Positions 27,259 to 39,474 of a stretch of DNA of 64,000 nucleotides are shown piece after piece. Numbering within the stretch: the stretch's first letter is position 1; each line of letters begins with the position of its first letter. The stretch comes from Bispira polyomma (taxonomy: Eukaryota). Made by a program: the position numbers and the translations under genes. The stretch is taken from positions 22,630,001 through 22,694,000 of the forward strand of contig OZ287749.1 of the NCBI GenBank assembly GCA_965649765.1, in the 5' to 3' direction. Under the pieces are notes generated by a model. It searched no databases and was not told the DNA's origin. It worked only from the letters and a program-made list of their open reading frames with translations.

Positions 27259-28496
27259 CCTGTTTGGTGTAGATTTGGTACTGATATATAAATTCCCCAG
27301 TATAAAGGATCACAGCACTACTGAGGTTACTACACAGTTTTTGTAGAATGTATGTAAGCTAACCGGTTGAAACTCAAAATTTTATTTATTTAAAGAAGTA
27401 TATCAATTATGTCACAGAGTTAACATAAACAAGAAATTTGCTGTACATGAATGAAGAATGCTCTAGTCTGTCTTTGTTGATTAACATACTCAACAGAGTC
27501 CCACACAGCACATGCGAGCAGCTACAAAGCCTTTCCCTACGAAATCTTCATAGGATATATAAAATTAAACATAAGATTAGACATCCAAATTTAGAAAGAA
27601 ACTCTTATTATTTGAATATTCAATTTTATGGGCACATTTCTACTCTCCCAAATATTTATGTCCTGTTATTTCATACTAAAATGCCTGTTCTATTTTACAA
27701 ACCTTCTGAAATCTTAACAATAAAAAGGTTTATGTCACATCCATGTTGGGATAATAGAGATTCTACTGCGTTGCAATTTCATATTAAAGTGCAACTTACA
27801 TTAAATTGCAATTTTACATTAAATTGCTACTGTGATTACACTTCTAATCATGTACCAAGAGGAAAATCCAACAAGCTTAATGTTATACATACATTTTCAA
27901 ATAACATTAACTTTAAGAAAGTTAGCTACAAAACTCAAACAGCAAACCAAACAACTTAAGTTAGCAGAAACATATCTATCAACTAAAACCGCAAACCAAA
28001 CAATTAACACCACAATTTAAATAGAAAAAACTACATTTTAATCACACAACCTTAATTAATAATTACAACTTAAAGAAACCTTAAAAGACAAAGCAAGTTA
28101 TCAATGAAAGCCCTGTTATGTGGCATTCACAAAGTTGCCATTCTCTCCCGATCAGCCAAATTCTAATGATTGGAAGTACACTGGTATAAATGTAGCAAGA
28201 ACTTGATAGTGTCATTGTGATACATTGACCAGTTGTTTGTTTCTTTATTAAAACTTACAAGTAAAAAAATCTTTGAAAAAAAAAAATATTTAAAACCAGT
28301 TGTTGGTTCAAACCTAAATGTGTAAATTTTACATCAGGTTATACAACAGTTTTAATAAGTACATGAAATTTTCGGCCATTATTGACATTATTTGGTACTT
28401 TTCCCTGTGGATAGTTAGGTAACCTAAATCAAGGAGACAGTTAATTTCTTTTTACATTTGTAGCACAACTGTTACAGTTTTTATTGTGTTTTAGGT

Positions 28497-28567
28497 CTAT
28501 TTTCTAAGTTTGTGCAATTTTTTTCTCTTTAGCCTGTACCTCTTCTCAGCACATCTTTGGGTTATTT
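28497..28567 (-). pseudogene. 5'-truncated copy of exon 15 at a duplication junction
   Basis: ITQRCAEKRYRLKRKKLHKLRK* aligns with 32253-32310; the junction supplies a potential acceptor ctttttttggccag|AA. Confidence 0.65.
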
Positions 28568-28792
28568 CTGGCCAAAAAAAAGGTAGATCTTCCCTAATTT
28601 ATCAAATATAAAATGTTTATCCACTTGTAGCTGCTGTATCTTAAATAGTTCTGGTGATAGTCACTGAAGATGGGACAACACTCTGCTTTTCAAATGTAAC
28701 CTTTGATTCTTGTGTGTCTCATACTTGAAACTATTTCATATATTTTCTCAAGTCCATCCAGTACAGTTGATCTCCAATCCTTATTGGCTAGA

Positions 28793-28920
28793 CTAAGAGA
28801 GAGTATTGTGTTCTTTCTGCATGTGTTTTCGTAACTTCCTCCTTTGATCAGCACACACGGAATTGATCTCGTATACAGTCATTGACTCTGTCATTGATGG
28901 AAACCTGGACGCGGTTGCAA
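28793..28920 (-). CDS. Alternative last exon 14 (recent duplicate of exon 13)
   Basis: tttccatatttcag|TT then ATASRFPSMTESMTVYEINSVCADQRRKLRKHMQKEHNTLS*. Confidence 0.85.
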
Positions 28921-30017
28921 CTGAAATATGGAAATAGTCTAACTGTACACATAATGCAAATATCATGGTCAATCTAGTTTACAGGCAATATCCCAAAAGG
29001 AACACGTTTGTAGTAGAATAATGGGCATATACATAATGCAAGTCACAAGTTACTAAAACCAAGATTAAAAGTTCTCGAATTCAAAGGTCCTTACTTGATC
29101 CAAATTTTGAAATACCTCAGTTCAGGGCCTATAGTTAAAAGTTTCTGTTTTAATATTCACCAGTTTAGTGTAGATTTGGTATTGATATATAAATTCTCCT
29201 ATTATTGAGGTTACAACAGTTTTGCAGAAGGTAAGCCACACGGCCAGTTTTTTAAAACAAACTGATGTAAGACTGGACAAGAACACAAGTGAGGTTAATC
29301 AGTTGGTTTATTTATTTAAAGAAATATATCAATTATCTAACAGAATAAACTTGCAAAAATAAGAAACTTGCTGCACATAAATGAAGAATTCTCTAGTCTG
29401 TCTTTGTTAACATACTCCACAACCTCCCACTCAGCACACAAGAGCAGCTACAAATCCTTTCCCTACGACATTCTGAACTTAACATTTTAATATCGTCAAT
29501 GGCTCAGAAGAGTAAGGGCCATAAGTCATAAAAGTGTTTTAAAATGTATGCTCAAACTTACATACCATATAAATTTCCTTACTAATAGGAAAAACTAATA
29601 AAAGGCATCATTAGGTTGACTAATATAGCTATCAGAGAAGAACTTGATTACATAGTCAGATTTTAGGTGTCTTTATAAAGTACACGCTTACAGCACCGTA
29701 TATTTTCTTTCTTATTATTCAGATTTTAGGTGTCTTAATAATGAAATTACAGCACTGCATATTTTCAGATTATTGTTACTTTATATTAAAGACCTTCGAT
29801 AAATGTAGGTTTAAATATACACCGATTTTCCTCTTCTGATTATCAAACTAATACAAAATTAAACAGTACTGAAGCACTAAAATAAATACAGGTAGCAAGC
29901 CTATAACACCTCTAACAACATCTGTTTCACAATTCTGTTCAATACTCACAAATTTGAAACTATATTGAAAGATATTTTACGCAATACAGTATAAACTATA
30001 TTTTCAGAATATTCTAT

Positions 30018-30315
30018 AATGCTGTGGTCACACTGGGTTTACGTTTTGATCACGCACAAAAAATGGCTAATATTTAAAATGAAGAGAACGAGATCGGAAC
30101 ATGTTTAGAAACGTGGCTAAGGTATTTTAAAAAGTGGCTAACGGTCCAAACATAATTTAAACGGCTATTAAAATGAGTACAGAATGTGTACAAAATGACC
30201 CATACTTTGGTTTTTTGCTACGTTTTCCTGAATTTTCACTTCATTTATTTCTGTTTTCTTACATTTACGGAATGTTAAACATAACACAAAGGTGCTCAGT
30301 GTCACCAAGGAATTA
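30018..30315. mobile_element. Possible PIF/Harbinger-like MITE
   Basis: Imperfect TIRs taatgctgtggtcacactg / cagtgtcaccaaggaatta. Confidence 0.4.
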
Positions 30316-31605
30316 AAGGCACTGTTTTACTCTCCAAAATATTTACAGTAGACTCTGTATAACTAGAACCTCCAATATCCACCGGATGTGTTTCTAGTCA
30401 CAGCTAACTTCCATTTATACCTACAAAAATACAACATCTTCCCAATGTTGGGACCTCCATGAACTGGTTCCACTTGTACTTAAATTCGACTTACACTGGT
30501 CCGACTTGTACAGTCTACTGCATATCCTATTAATTCAATCATGTACTAAAAGGCCTGTTTTATTATATGAACCTTTTGAAGTCTAAACAATATCATATTC
30601 ATGTTTGGATAAGAAACGTTCTACTATATTGCAATTTTACATTAAATTGCAAGAGAGGAAAATTAAACAAGATTACCATTATATATACAGCATCCTTAAA
30701 TTACATAAACTACTTGGTTAGCTATATAAACTAAAACAGTAAACTAAAAAAATTAACACCGCAATTTAAGGAAGATAAAAACGACTTAATACTATATCGA
30801 AATAAGAGCTACCATCATTCTGAGTTACAACTTTTAATCACACAATCTGAATATGTGGCGACTTAAATAATAGTTACAACTCAATGAAACATTAAATGGC
30901 AAGGTAAAGTTGTACATGACAAACCTGTTTAAATAGTTGATAGGTGGTTTATTTATTAAAACAAACAACCAGTAAGAAATCTTCAAAACCAGTTGTGGGT
31001 TTCAAAAATAAATGTACAAGTTTTACATCAGTGTACTTTATATGGATTTACTTTTAGGACGTTACTCGACATATCCAAAAAACACAATTTGGTACCTTAT
31101 TCTGGCAAGTTGTGCTGTATAAATTTAACATATTAAAGGATCTACAAACTTTTTTTTTTTTTTAATTTGTATTTTACTAATTTACTGGCAAGTTGCCAAT
31201 TTGCTTTCATAAAATAACTGCAATTAAAGGGCAAAGTAAACCTAAAACTAGTGTAAGATTAAAATTCTACTAGACAAACTTAGAAAATTTTAATTCCGCC
31301 TAAGCGAAATCAAAATTTTAATTTTGCCTGGGCGAGATTAAAATTTTTATTTGGTTTAAAATCTGCCTGGATTTTAATTTGGCCTATGACATATACTTCT
31401 AAATCCCCAGAGGTAGTCAACTCATTATATAAACATTGCAACAACATAGCTCTCTGGACTTCCTAAGTAACAGCTTCAAATGCTATATACAAAGCAATAT
31501 CAATTGGATGTGATTTGACTTGGGCATATTTGAGTTGCAAGATTTACGAACATAAATATTCGTTCATTCACTAGTTAACGATACTTGCTACTCACTTCCA
31601 TGAAG

Positions 31606-31894
31606 TAGTGGTGGATGATTAGACGTGTGCTCGATTAATCTTTGGTGATACTGCATGATCGTGGTCGATCAGTCTTAATTTTAGATAAACGATTACTTAC
31701 CAAATACTGTACCTTACTTCAACTAATAAAATATTTTTATATTTTAATGTAATTTTATATAGTTTTTATGTCAAAGAAAGCAATTTTTGTCACTTCTACA
31801 TTTTGTCACGTTTTACGTCAATTATAGGTCGATCATCGGTCGGACAATTAAGCAATCAATCGACCTGCAAAATACAGACTAATTCCCAACACTA
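31606..31894. mobile_element. hAT-type MITE
   Basis: 8-bp TSD ccatgaag at 31598-31605 and 31895-31902; TIRs tagtggtgg / cccaacacta. Confidence 0.75.
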
Positions 31895-32252
31895 CCATGA
31901 AGTAGGCTATGTTGTATTGGTTTGTCATCAGGATTACACAGAAAACTACGTAAGCGATTTGCTTAAAATTTGGCACAGATGTGATGTGGGGCAAGGAAGA
32001 ATATATAAACTTTGAAGTGGAACCACATAAAAGGGTGAATCCAGGAGCTTTTTTCAGTTTTTGATGTATGACCTCTATACCAAGTGTTATTCATGCTACC
32101 ATCTCGTATGAAGTTGGTTACTTTTATTATTTGGTACTTTTCTGTGGATAGCTAAGTAAGCCACATTAAGTAGACATTTAATTTTTTTTTAGATTTGCAG
32201 AACAACTGCCTTGGTTTTTATTGTGCTTTAAGGTTTATTTTCTTGGTTTGTG

Positions 32253-32353
32253 CTACTTTTTCCTCTTTAGCATGCGCCTCTTCTCTGCACATATTTGGGT
32301 TATTTCTGCCACCACAAGAGATTTCTGCCATTTGGTAGTCGATGACACAAAGT
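32253..32353 (-). CDS. Alternative last exon 15
   Basis: gtttaattacag|AC then FVSSTTKWQKSLVVAEITQICAEKRRMLKRKK*. Confidence 0.8.
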
Positions 32354-33091
32354 CTGTAATTAAACATAGACAAGATGTAGATACCAGTAACCTACATGAC
32401 CTTTGAAGTTCAGATGTTACAGTAAATTTGTACGTGTTGACCTTTATTTGGGATTTTTTTTTTTTTAATTTTCTTAATTCTGGGCTTCGGACAGGACTTA
32501 AAGATCAAACAGATGTTGTCCAAATTTCATGCAGAAAATATCTGATATTTTTGAAAACTCGTTTGTATAATATATATTGCAAAAACATAGTGTTTTTACA
32601 ATTTTAGTTTATATTTGCAATGTACATATATACAAATTATTCAACGGTTTATGTACATGACAGAGTCCGTGGAATTAGTCTGCTTTGGAGAAGGGATCAA
32701 TCTGAAAGATTTCAAAAGTATTTGAGAATTGCAATTGATTTATTAGATTGCGCCAGAGAAAAGCACTTTGCACAAATTCTTGTTGTAGGAGTTGGTTGTA
32801 TCTTAAAGATTTTATTTTGGTGAAATTCCATTAGGTATTCATGGCCAGCTCATCATGAAGAGCGTTAGGGTACACCAGGACATTGACAAATTCTTAAATC
32901 TTATTTTATCAATTTTGGTGAAATAACCAGATGTCAATGTAATTTTATTTTGATTCAAAGCATGTTCTAAAGTGCAACAATGAAATGAATTAACCAATGG
33001 ATAAGTTGGAAAAACATAGCCAGTGTAAGCAAGTCTACTTGTTCTGGGCATCACAGGTGACAATCTTTTCAGTGTCTACTGGACAAGTCCA

Positions 33092-33255
33092 TCAATATTG
33101 TTCAGAACCTCTACTGACTACTACTCCCTTTAGAATGTCTACGGTCGACTGTGATTCTCCCCTGCGAACAAGACATTTCCGTTGTTCATGGCATATTTTA
33201 TTGATTTCACGGGTTATTCGATGAGATGTCAAACCAAACTTCAATATAGTATATT
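33092..33255 (-). CDS. Alternative last exon 16
   Basis: ttctattttacag|AA then YTILKFGLTSHRITREINKICHEQRKCLVRRGESQSTVDILKGVVVSRGSEQY*. Confidence 0.85.
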
Positions 33256-34008
33256 CTGTAAAATAGAAACAAACTGCTTTAATATTTCTATCTTTTTTTA
33301 TTGACCATAATGCATGAAATACAACAATAATGCACAAAAATTTGACTTAATCTACAAAAGAAATGCCCTATCTTGTTTACATCGCTATTTCATCAAGACA
33401 AATTAGGCGTTTATAATCCTTTTTTATGATCTAGAAAATTTCTTCTTTTTTCAATACAATGACACCATTATGCACTTCTACATCCTTATCCACATCTATA
33501 AATATCTATATTTACTTAAAAATATTATAAATACTAAACTAATAGTTAATACTACGAACACACTGTCCCTAAACTACATGGTGTGACTTTTTTCTTCAAA
33601 GTTACACTATTTTATCATCAAACACTTACATCATTAAAATTACAACCACTTAGTAACACTAAATGTACAAGATTCAAACACAACCTCAACTTTTTAACAT
33701 AAAACTAGAACGCTTTACATTAACACCTAATTTTGGGAGAGCCACTATCACTTCATGAACTCCAAAATTCAATCACTTGAATTTCAGTCTATAAGATACA
33801 TGTACTGCAACCAAACTATCCACTTATTGTAGGTGGATCTTCCTTAAACAGTACAAATACATGTAGGAGGATTATCACTGAAAAACTGTCTTTTGTCATC
33901 ACTTTATACATTACACAACAGTCACATCTATAGGTACAAGTCAAAAACTTTAAAATAGTAAGACACCAAATCAGCTTTATAAACACTAGCTCTTTCTTAA
34001 GTATGAAC

Positions 34009-34382
34009 TAGTGGATAAATTGTTTATCGATATCGGCAATATTTATTGTTTGGGCTTTTGCGTTCCAATATCGATGTGTAATACCAACCCATCAATACCA
34101 TAAATGATAGTTATTTAACTTTGGGATAACATTTTATCAACTATTTTATTGATATTTTATGGTTAATACCTTTTAAATTATGAATGATAACCATTTTAAG
34201 TCCATTTTTACTTGTAAACATATTTAGCGGTTCTCAGTTCCGTTTCATTTGGGCAGGTTTTTCGTTTTAGAAATATGTTGCATTTTATTCACGACTTTCT
34301 TTCTATGTCCCGATATTGGCCGATATTAAAGTTATTTAATTTTTGATATCGATCTCCACCAGCACAAACGATTTACCCAATA
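34009..34382. mobile_element. hAT-type MITE
   Basis: 8-bp TSD gtatgaac at 34001-34008 and 34383-34390; TIRs tagtggataaat / atttacccaata. Confidence 0.75.
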
Positions 34383-34889
34383 GTATGAACAAATCACTAC
34401 CTTTATACTAGAACACAGTACATTGCAAACGCCACACCACAAGACCAGTGGGTCTGCAACAATTCCATTTTTATTTACTGCAGTCATTTTTGGAATACAT
34501 CAATGCTGATAGAAAATAGAATGACAATGAAGTTACCAGACAATCGCATCATAAAGGAATGCAAAAGTTGTACAAATCATTGTACTATGAGAAAAAGATA
34601 TGTGTGGTTTATAGTAGCCTAATTGTGCGAAATCCAAAGTATGCACTGGATTGATCTAGTCAATATGATGAAAATGTACAAGCAGTAAGTTTTTATTACC
34701 TTAACATCTTGCAAAAAAAAGCTATGGTGAACTATACCTTATAACTATACTTTACAAAGGATCGCACACGATTTAAAGAAAAAGTCACTTACAATATTTT
34801 AGGATTAAGATAACTATCTTTGTCATGAGTGCAGCTTTAATCTAAACTACTTTTCAAAGGATTGTCAAAAACTAAAAACCTCAATGTTC

Positions 34890-35008
34890 CTATTCAAGGC
34901 TATATTCTGAACTACGTATTTTGACTTTCTTTCTTGCTTCAAAGGTTATTTTACTGATCTCAGTGACAAATGTTGAATGAGGCATATTACAGCGAAGTCT
35001 TGCCACTT
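34890..35008 (-). CDS. Alternative last exon 17
   Basis: ttgtatttgcag|AA then VARLRCNMPHSTFVTEISKITFEARKKVKIRSSEYSLE*. Confidence 0.78.
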
Positions 35009-35381
35009 CTGCAAATACAACAAAAGTTAGACCACAATGAAACCCACTTGTAAATACACACTTACTTTCCTTACATAGTAAAACATCTATTATCCAATTA
35101 TATTGAGAGAACAAGATTCTGTTGAGAGAATAGAAGCATCATGACACAGGTTTGAATATATCAGTTTCGGTATGATGCTACAGATAAATCGAATATATTG
35201 GGAAAGGTAAAAATTGTACATAAAACTAAATATTTATATAACAAAAGTTGGGATAATAGAGGTTCTACTATCCAGACACTTCCGAGACTAAAAGCTGTAC
35301 CGAGATGTCGGGCTTCTGATCTAATGGCAAAAAAGAAACCAATGTACACACTACATTCATACATACATAAACATTGTAGTC

Positions 35382-35385
<4 letters not shown>

Positions 35386-35421
<36 letters not shown>
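35386..35421. repeat. (TA)n microsatellite
   Basis: Directly visible. Confidence 0.95.
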
Positions 35422-35426
<5 letters not shown>

Positions 35427-35886
35427 TAGTGTGTGACAGGCACATAATACTATATTGTAATATACTGTTAAATAAATTAGGCTATATACCACATCCCACA
35501 TGGGTTTGTAGCAATTTTTACATTAAAATATTTGACATTGAAAATATCTCCATAGTACACAGAGCTTCAAGAAACACAAAGTCAGAAATAACGATAGTTA
35601 GTGACTGTTGCAAAATTAATCATTAGTGTAAATTATTAATGTGTTATTATTGTGTAACTATTTCACTTCAGAAATCTTCAGTGGATATCGAACTTTGTAT
35701 TAGTTGTACACATTTTCCATTTGAAATACATAAATATTTAAAAACGCAGCAGAAAGGTACCACTTAATCTTTGCCAAAAAGGTCTGCTTCCTTTTTAATA
35801 AATAAACAACAATTTTGATAGATAGCTAACATATACATACAATACCAGTAATTCACCACTTTCATCTAACCTCACAGATTTGGGTC

Positions 35887-36015
35887 GTCAAATTGTCACT
35901 AAAGCTGAATTATTAGTAGTCAAATAGTCACTGAAGCTGATTTATTAGTAGTCAAATAGTCACTGAAGCTGATTTATTAGTGGTCAAATAGTCACTGAAG
36001 CTGATTTATTAGTCA
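35887..36015. repeat. Minisatellite, 32-bp unit x~4
   Basis: gtcactgaagctgatttattagtagtcaaata repeated. Confidence 0.9.
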
Positions 36016-36311
36016 TTTAAAACATACAATTCTTTTCCAGGATCTTTGTTAAATTGTACTTGGACAATAAAAATTATATTTTTTTTTAATAACTGAAATC
36101 CACTTAAATTTTTATATGACAATTAATATGGCAAAAGGCCATTCAAAGATTATTTATCAAGCAAACATTCAGCAGGGAAGTACCAAACTTGTACTTGTTG
36201 TCTCACAATAAGGTTATAATCGAAGTCCTCAGAAACAAACTACATGTACATTTATGACTATTCATTATAAAACCTTTTCACTCGTTTTTCAAATATTACT
36301 CCAGATTATAA

Positions 36312-36484
36312 CAGTTGAACCCCTTAAAGTAAAACCTCAGGTCCCAAGGAGCAATGCCTCAACTTAAGCAGGCTGGCCACTTCACTGGGTAAATTTGAAA
36401 AGGAAACAACTTTTTGGATCACAGATTTTTTCCACAAAAAGGGGAAATTAACATTCTGGAGGTTTAGTTAAAGGAGTTTGACTG
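36312..36484. mobile_element. Tc1/pogo-type MITE
   Basis: cagttgaaccccttaaagt...ttaaaggagtttgactg|TA; same length class as the 23265 and 59921 copies. Confidence 0.6.
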
Positions 36485-36589
36485 TATTGTGCATGACAAT
36501 GGACGAAAGTGTTACACAATGTGTGAGTTTGAGCCATTGATACAGGCTCGGTTAGTTTCAAACTTCAACTTTCTTTCTTTGGCAGAATG

Positions 36590-36699
36590 TTACTTAGCTC
36601 CCTTTAACTTCTGAACTTCCTTTCGAGCCTCAAAGCACATAGTGCCAATTACAGCAACAACCTCAGAATGAGAAATTTTGCAACGATATCAGACTACTT
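36590..36699 (-). pseudogene. Array exon with a premature in-frame TGA
   Basis: tttttcattccag|AA then VV*YRCKISHSEVVAVIGTMCFEARKEVQKLKGAK*; TGA at 36689-36691. Confidence 0.75.
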
Positions 36700-37113
36700 C
36701 TGGAATGAAAAACAGGAATATTACAACACAAGAGAGATACAACAACTTCATGAATCACCTTAGAACCCGCTAGTGTGCAGAAATTAGGTACTTTGCTGAC
36801 TGATTGATGGACCGGTTGATTGATTGCACTGTAGTTTAGATAATGTTTTATCGTTGATTGTAAAAGACCAACTAAACATCAAACTTCACCATTTAAATTA
36901 TAATCTTTAAAGTTTCTTGGACCATAATAAATTTGGAAGGGTACAAAGCATCATGCATCAAACTTTCAGCAATCTTTTGGTATGACTACATCAACAATTT
37001 TGTTTTTATTCAGGCAACTTCTTTTCTATTTTTTTTTCTTATTTGTGTTCAGCCCTTATAAAGTTTATGGTTCACAAATCCTCGCCATACTATCCCGCTA
37101 ATCCTTTTAACAT

Positions 37114-37223
37114 CTATTTGATGTCTGACAGATTTCGGACTTTTTTTCTTGCTTCGAACCTCATTTTGTCGATCTCGCAGTAGAATGCTCTGGAAGACAT
37201 AAAGCATCTTCTTTCAACAGCTT
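37114..37223 (-). CDS. Alternative last exon 18
   Basis: gtgtttacag|AA then AVERRCFMSSRAFYCEIDKMRFEARKKVRNLSDIK*. Confidence 0.78.
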
Positions 37224-38295
37224 CTGTAAACACATACAGGAGGACCTCTTGAGTATAGCCCAGAGCTCGTCTAAATAGACAACAAAAAGAGCACCAGAAG
37301 GCATCATATTCTTGTATGAACCAACATAAAAATTGCAATACTACCACAACAGACCATTAGTTACAACAGACAAGAGGTTCCACTGTACATGTTAATTCTT
37401 ACATTCAGCTGATGCATAGTTTCAATGGTTTGAAAAATATCTGTCATGTGACTTCTTAACTTTCTACTTGTTATAGTTACTCAAACAATACAGGATTGTT
37501 TGTGTTAATATTGTTAGTGTTCTTTTGGAAAACAAAGAGGTATTGATCACCATTGAACATGTGTACAGGTAACATCAAGTTTGATACCTTAAAATAATTA
37601 TCAAATATTGCGGTTTTAAGCTTGATAATACAAACTTTGTATTTCTAATCGCTTTTACAACTTCTTACATGATCTGATGTAGTAATGGGTCACTTGACTG
37701 AAGTTGACTTGGGAGCCCCAAAAAAAAACGAATTTCCATTAAAATGCACATCAGTTGTTTTAGTTCAAAGCTGCTTTGCACAGATTCTTATTTTAAAATG
37801 AATGTCTCAAAGCCTCAACCAGTTTAGTTGAAAATATTCTTTTAAAGAATCTGATCAGCAAAAAAAAAAACTATTTTACGCATGGTTGTGAATATTGCAA
37901 AAGATCTCCATTTTAACAATATCCTTTTGAAACCATATCAATTAAGTGTCAATATTTAATATTGTGCTCCTTTCCTAAACCCAAACTTATTTGTTTCTTA
38001 ACTGCAGTGATACTGTCAGTCTGGCATCACTTAAACTTTTTGGTTACAGTCTACAAAGTGTACAATAAATATATGAGAAACTACACATTCAATAAATACA
38101 TTACTACAGGGTTGCTGAATCCAGCTATTCAGCCAATACGGTGTCTTGTAACAATAACCCAACCAATTCATCCAGATTTATTCGTATGTAATCTATTTAT
38201 CAGAATATTCTGATGAATGGTTCATTGAATTCATCTCATGGTGATTCATATCCAATGCAGAAACAGTGTCATCCACTAACAATATATTCATCATG

Positions 38296-38540
38296 TTACA
38301 ATGTTACAGTTTCATCAAAGACCGAGGGAAGCTTCAAGTCTTCCGGCATGATCATTTGCATGGGTTTAGGTGCTATCTTTTTCATTCTTTCTGGTTTCCA
38401 AATTGGATAGAGCCCTTTGTTTTTGGTTTGTATTGCAGATTGCATGGCCTTTTGGTATCTTTCCTTGGCTTCAAATCGTACTTTAGCCAAAACAGCTGAT
38501 ATTGTTCTCGGTGTGATGTCAGTCTTGCTCTCAACATAAG
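38296..38540 (-). CDS. Alternative last exon 19 (long tail)
   Basis: gtgttttgcag|CT then YVESKTDITPRTISAVLAKVRFEAKERYQKAMQSAIQ...DETVTL* (80 aa). Confidence 0.75.
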
Positions 38541-39364
38541 CTGCAAAACACATAAAGAAGCTTTTTAATTCTTGATAAGTTTGTCACATGATATCTTTTT
38601 TTTAAAGGTTCCTCGGTAATACTCAAAATGAAATTTAGAGTTATTCTCAAGTAAAAATACAAAACCAAGTATGCCATGCAAATGAAACCACAATTAGTTC
38701 CTTTTTTAGATACAACATCAATCATCATCTTTCAAAATGAAAAAATCTCACAATATTATCAATACAAAAAAGTTTTTTGATTTATGCATTGGAAGCATTT
38801 CTACTGTTGAATCCGATAAAAAAGAAAAGGGCTAGTCCTACAAAACATAGCATTGGCCGTCATCAGCAGGCAATTGTCTGTTTGTATATATATCTTGCAC
38901 AATAAGATGTTATCCCCCTGTAGCCATTTCGGCATTACCAGGAGTCAAACCATTGACCTTATGACCACCAAATCAACTCCACAACCACAAAGAAGGTTAA
39001 AATGCATGCCTACTGATTGGCACTGAAGATTATCATGTTTGTGTCACACCATGCATGCAAGATCATGTGAAGGAAAATTCTTGGTACAAATCTTTAATGT
39101 AATACTACAATGATCATCAATTATCAGACAGTCAACATCATTCATCAATATGTCGGCACTTTAACTACTGTTGCCTCTAATGACGACATTAAGTTTTCAA
39201 ACTTTTTTAAGCACTGATAATCTAAACCAAGATTGCTCTGTCTTTAATAAAAAATTTACAACATTCTATATGCCTGCAAACTATTAAGGATAAAAAAATC
39301 CATGGACAATGGGATTACATTCACTGAAGCTCAATCGCAATGGGTTTCTTCCAAAGTAGAATCA

Positions 39365-39474
39365 CTACAAAACACTGGATTTGGCTTGCAGTTTCTTTCT
39401 GGCTTCCAGACATAACTGGTTGATTTCCTTCACAATGAGACCCATAGGAAACTGGTTGCAACGGCAGACATACT
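39365..39474 (-). CDS. Alternative last exon 20
   Basis: tctgatttacag|AG then YVCRCNQFPMGLIVKEINQLCLEARKKLQAKSSVL*. Confidence 0.82.

Larger units (their letters stand above)
26497..32310. repeat. Tandem segmental duplication: 26497-28581 vs 28582-~32310 (right copy longer, with extra insertions)
   Basis: Collinear similar blocks: 26500-26940~28585-29020, 27380-27545~29305-29470, 28385-28570~32125-32310. Confidence 0.85.
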
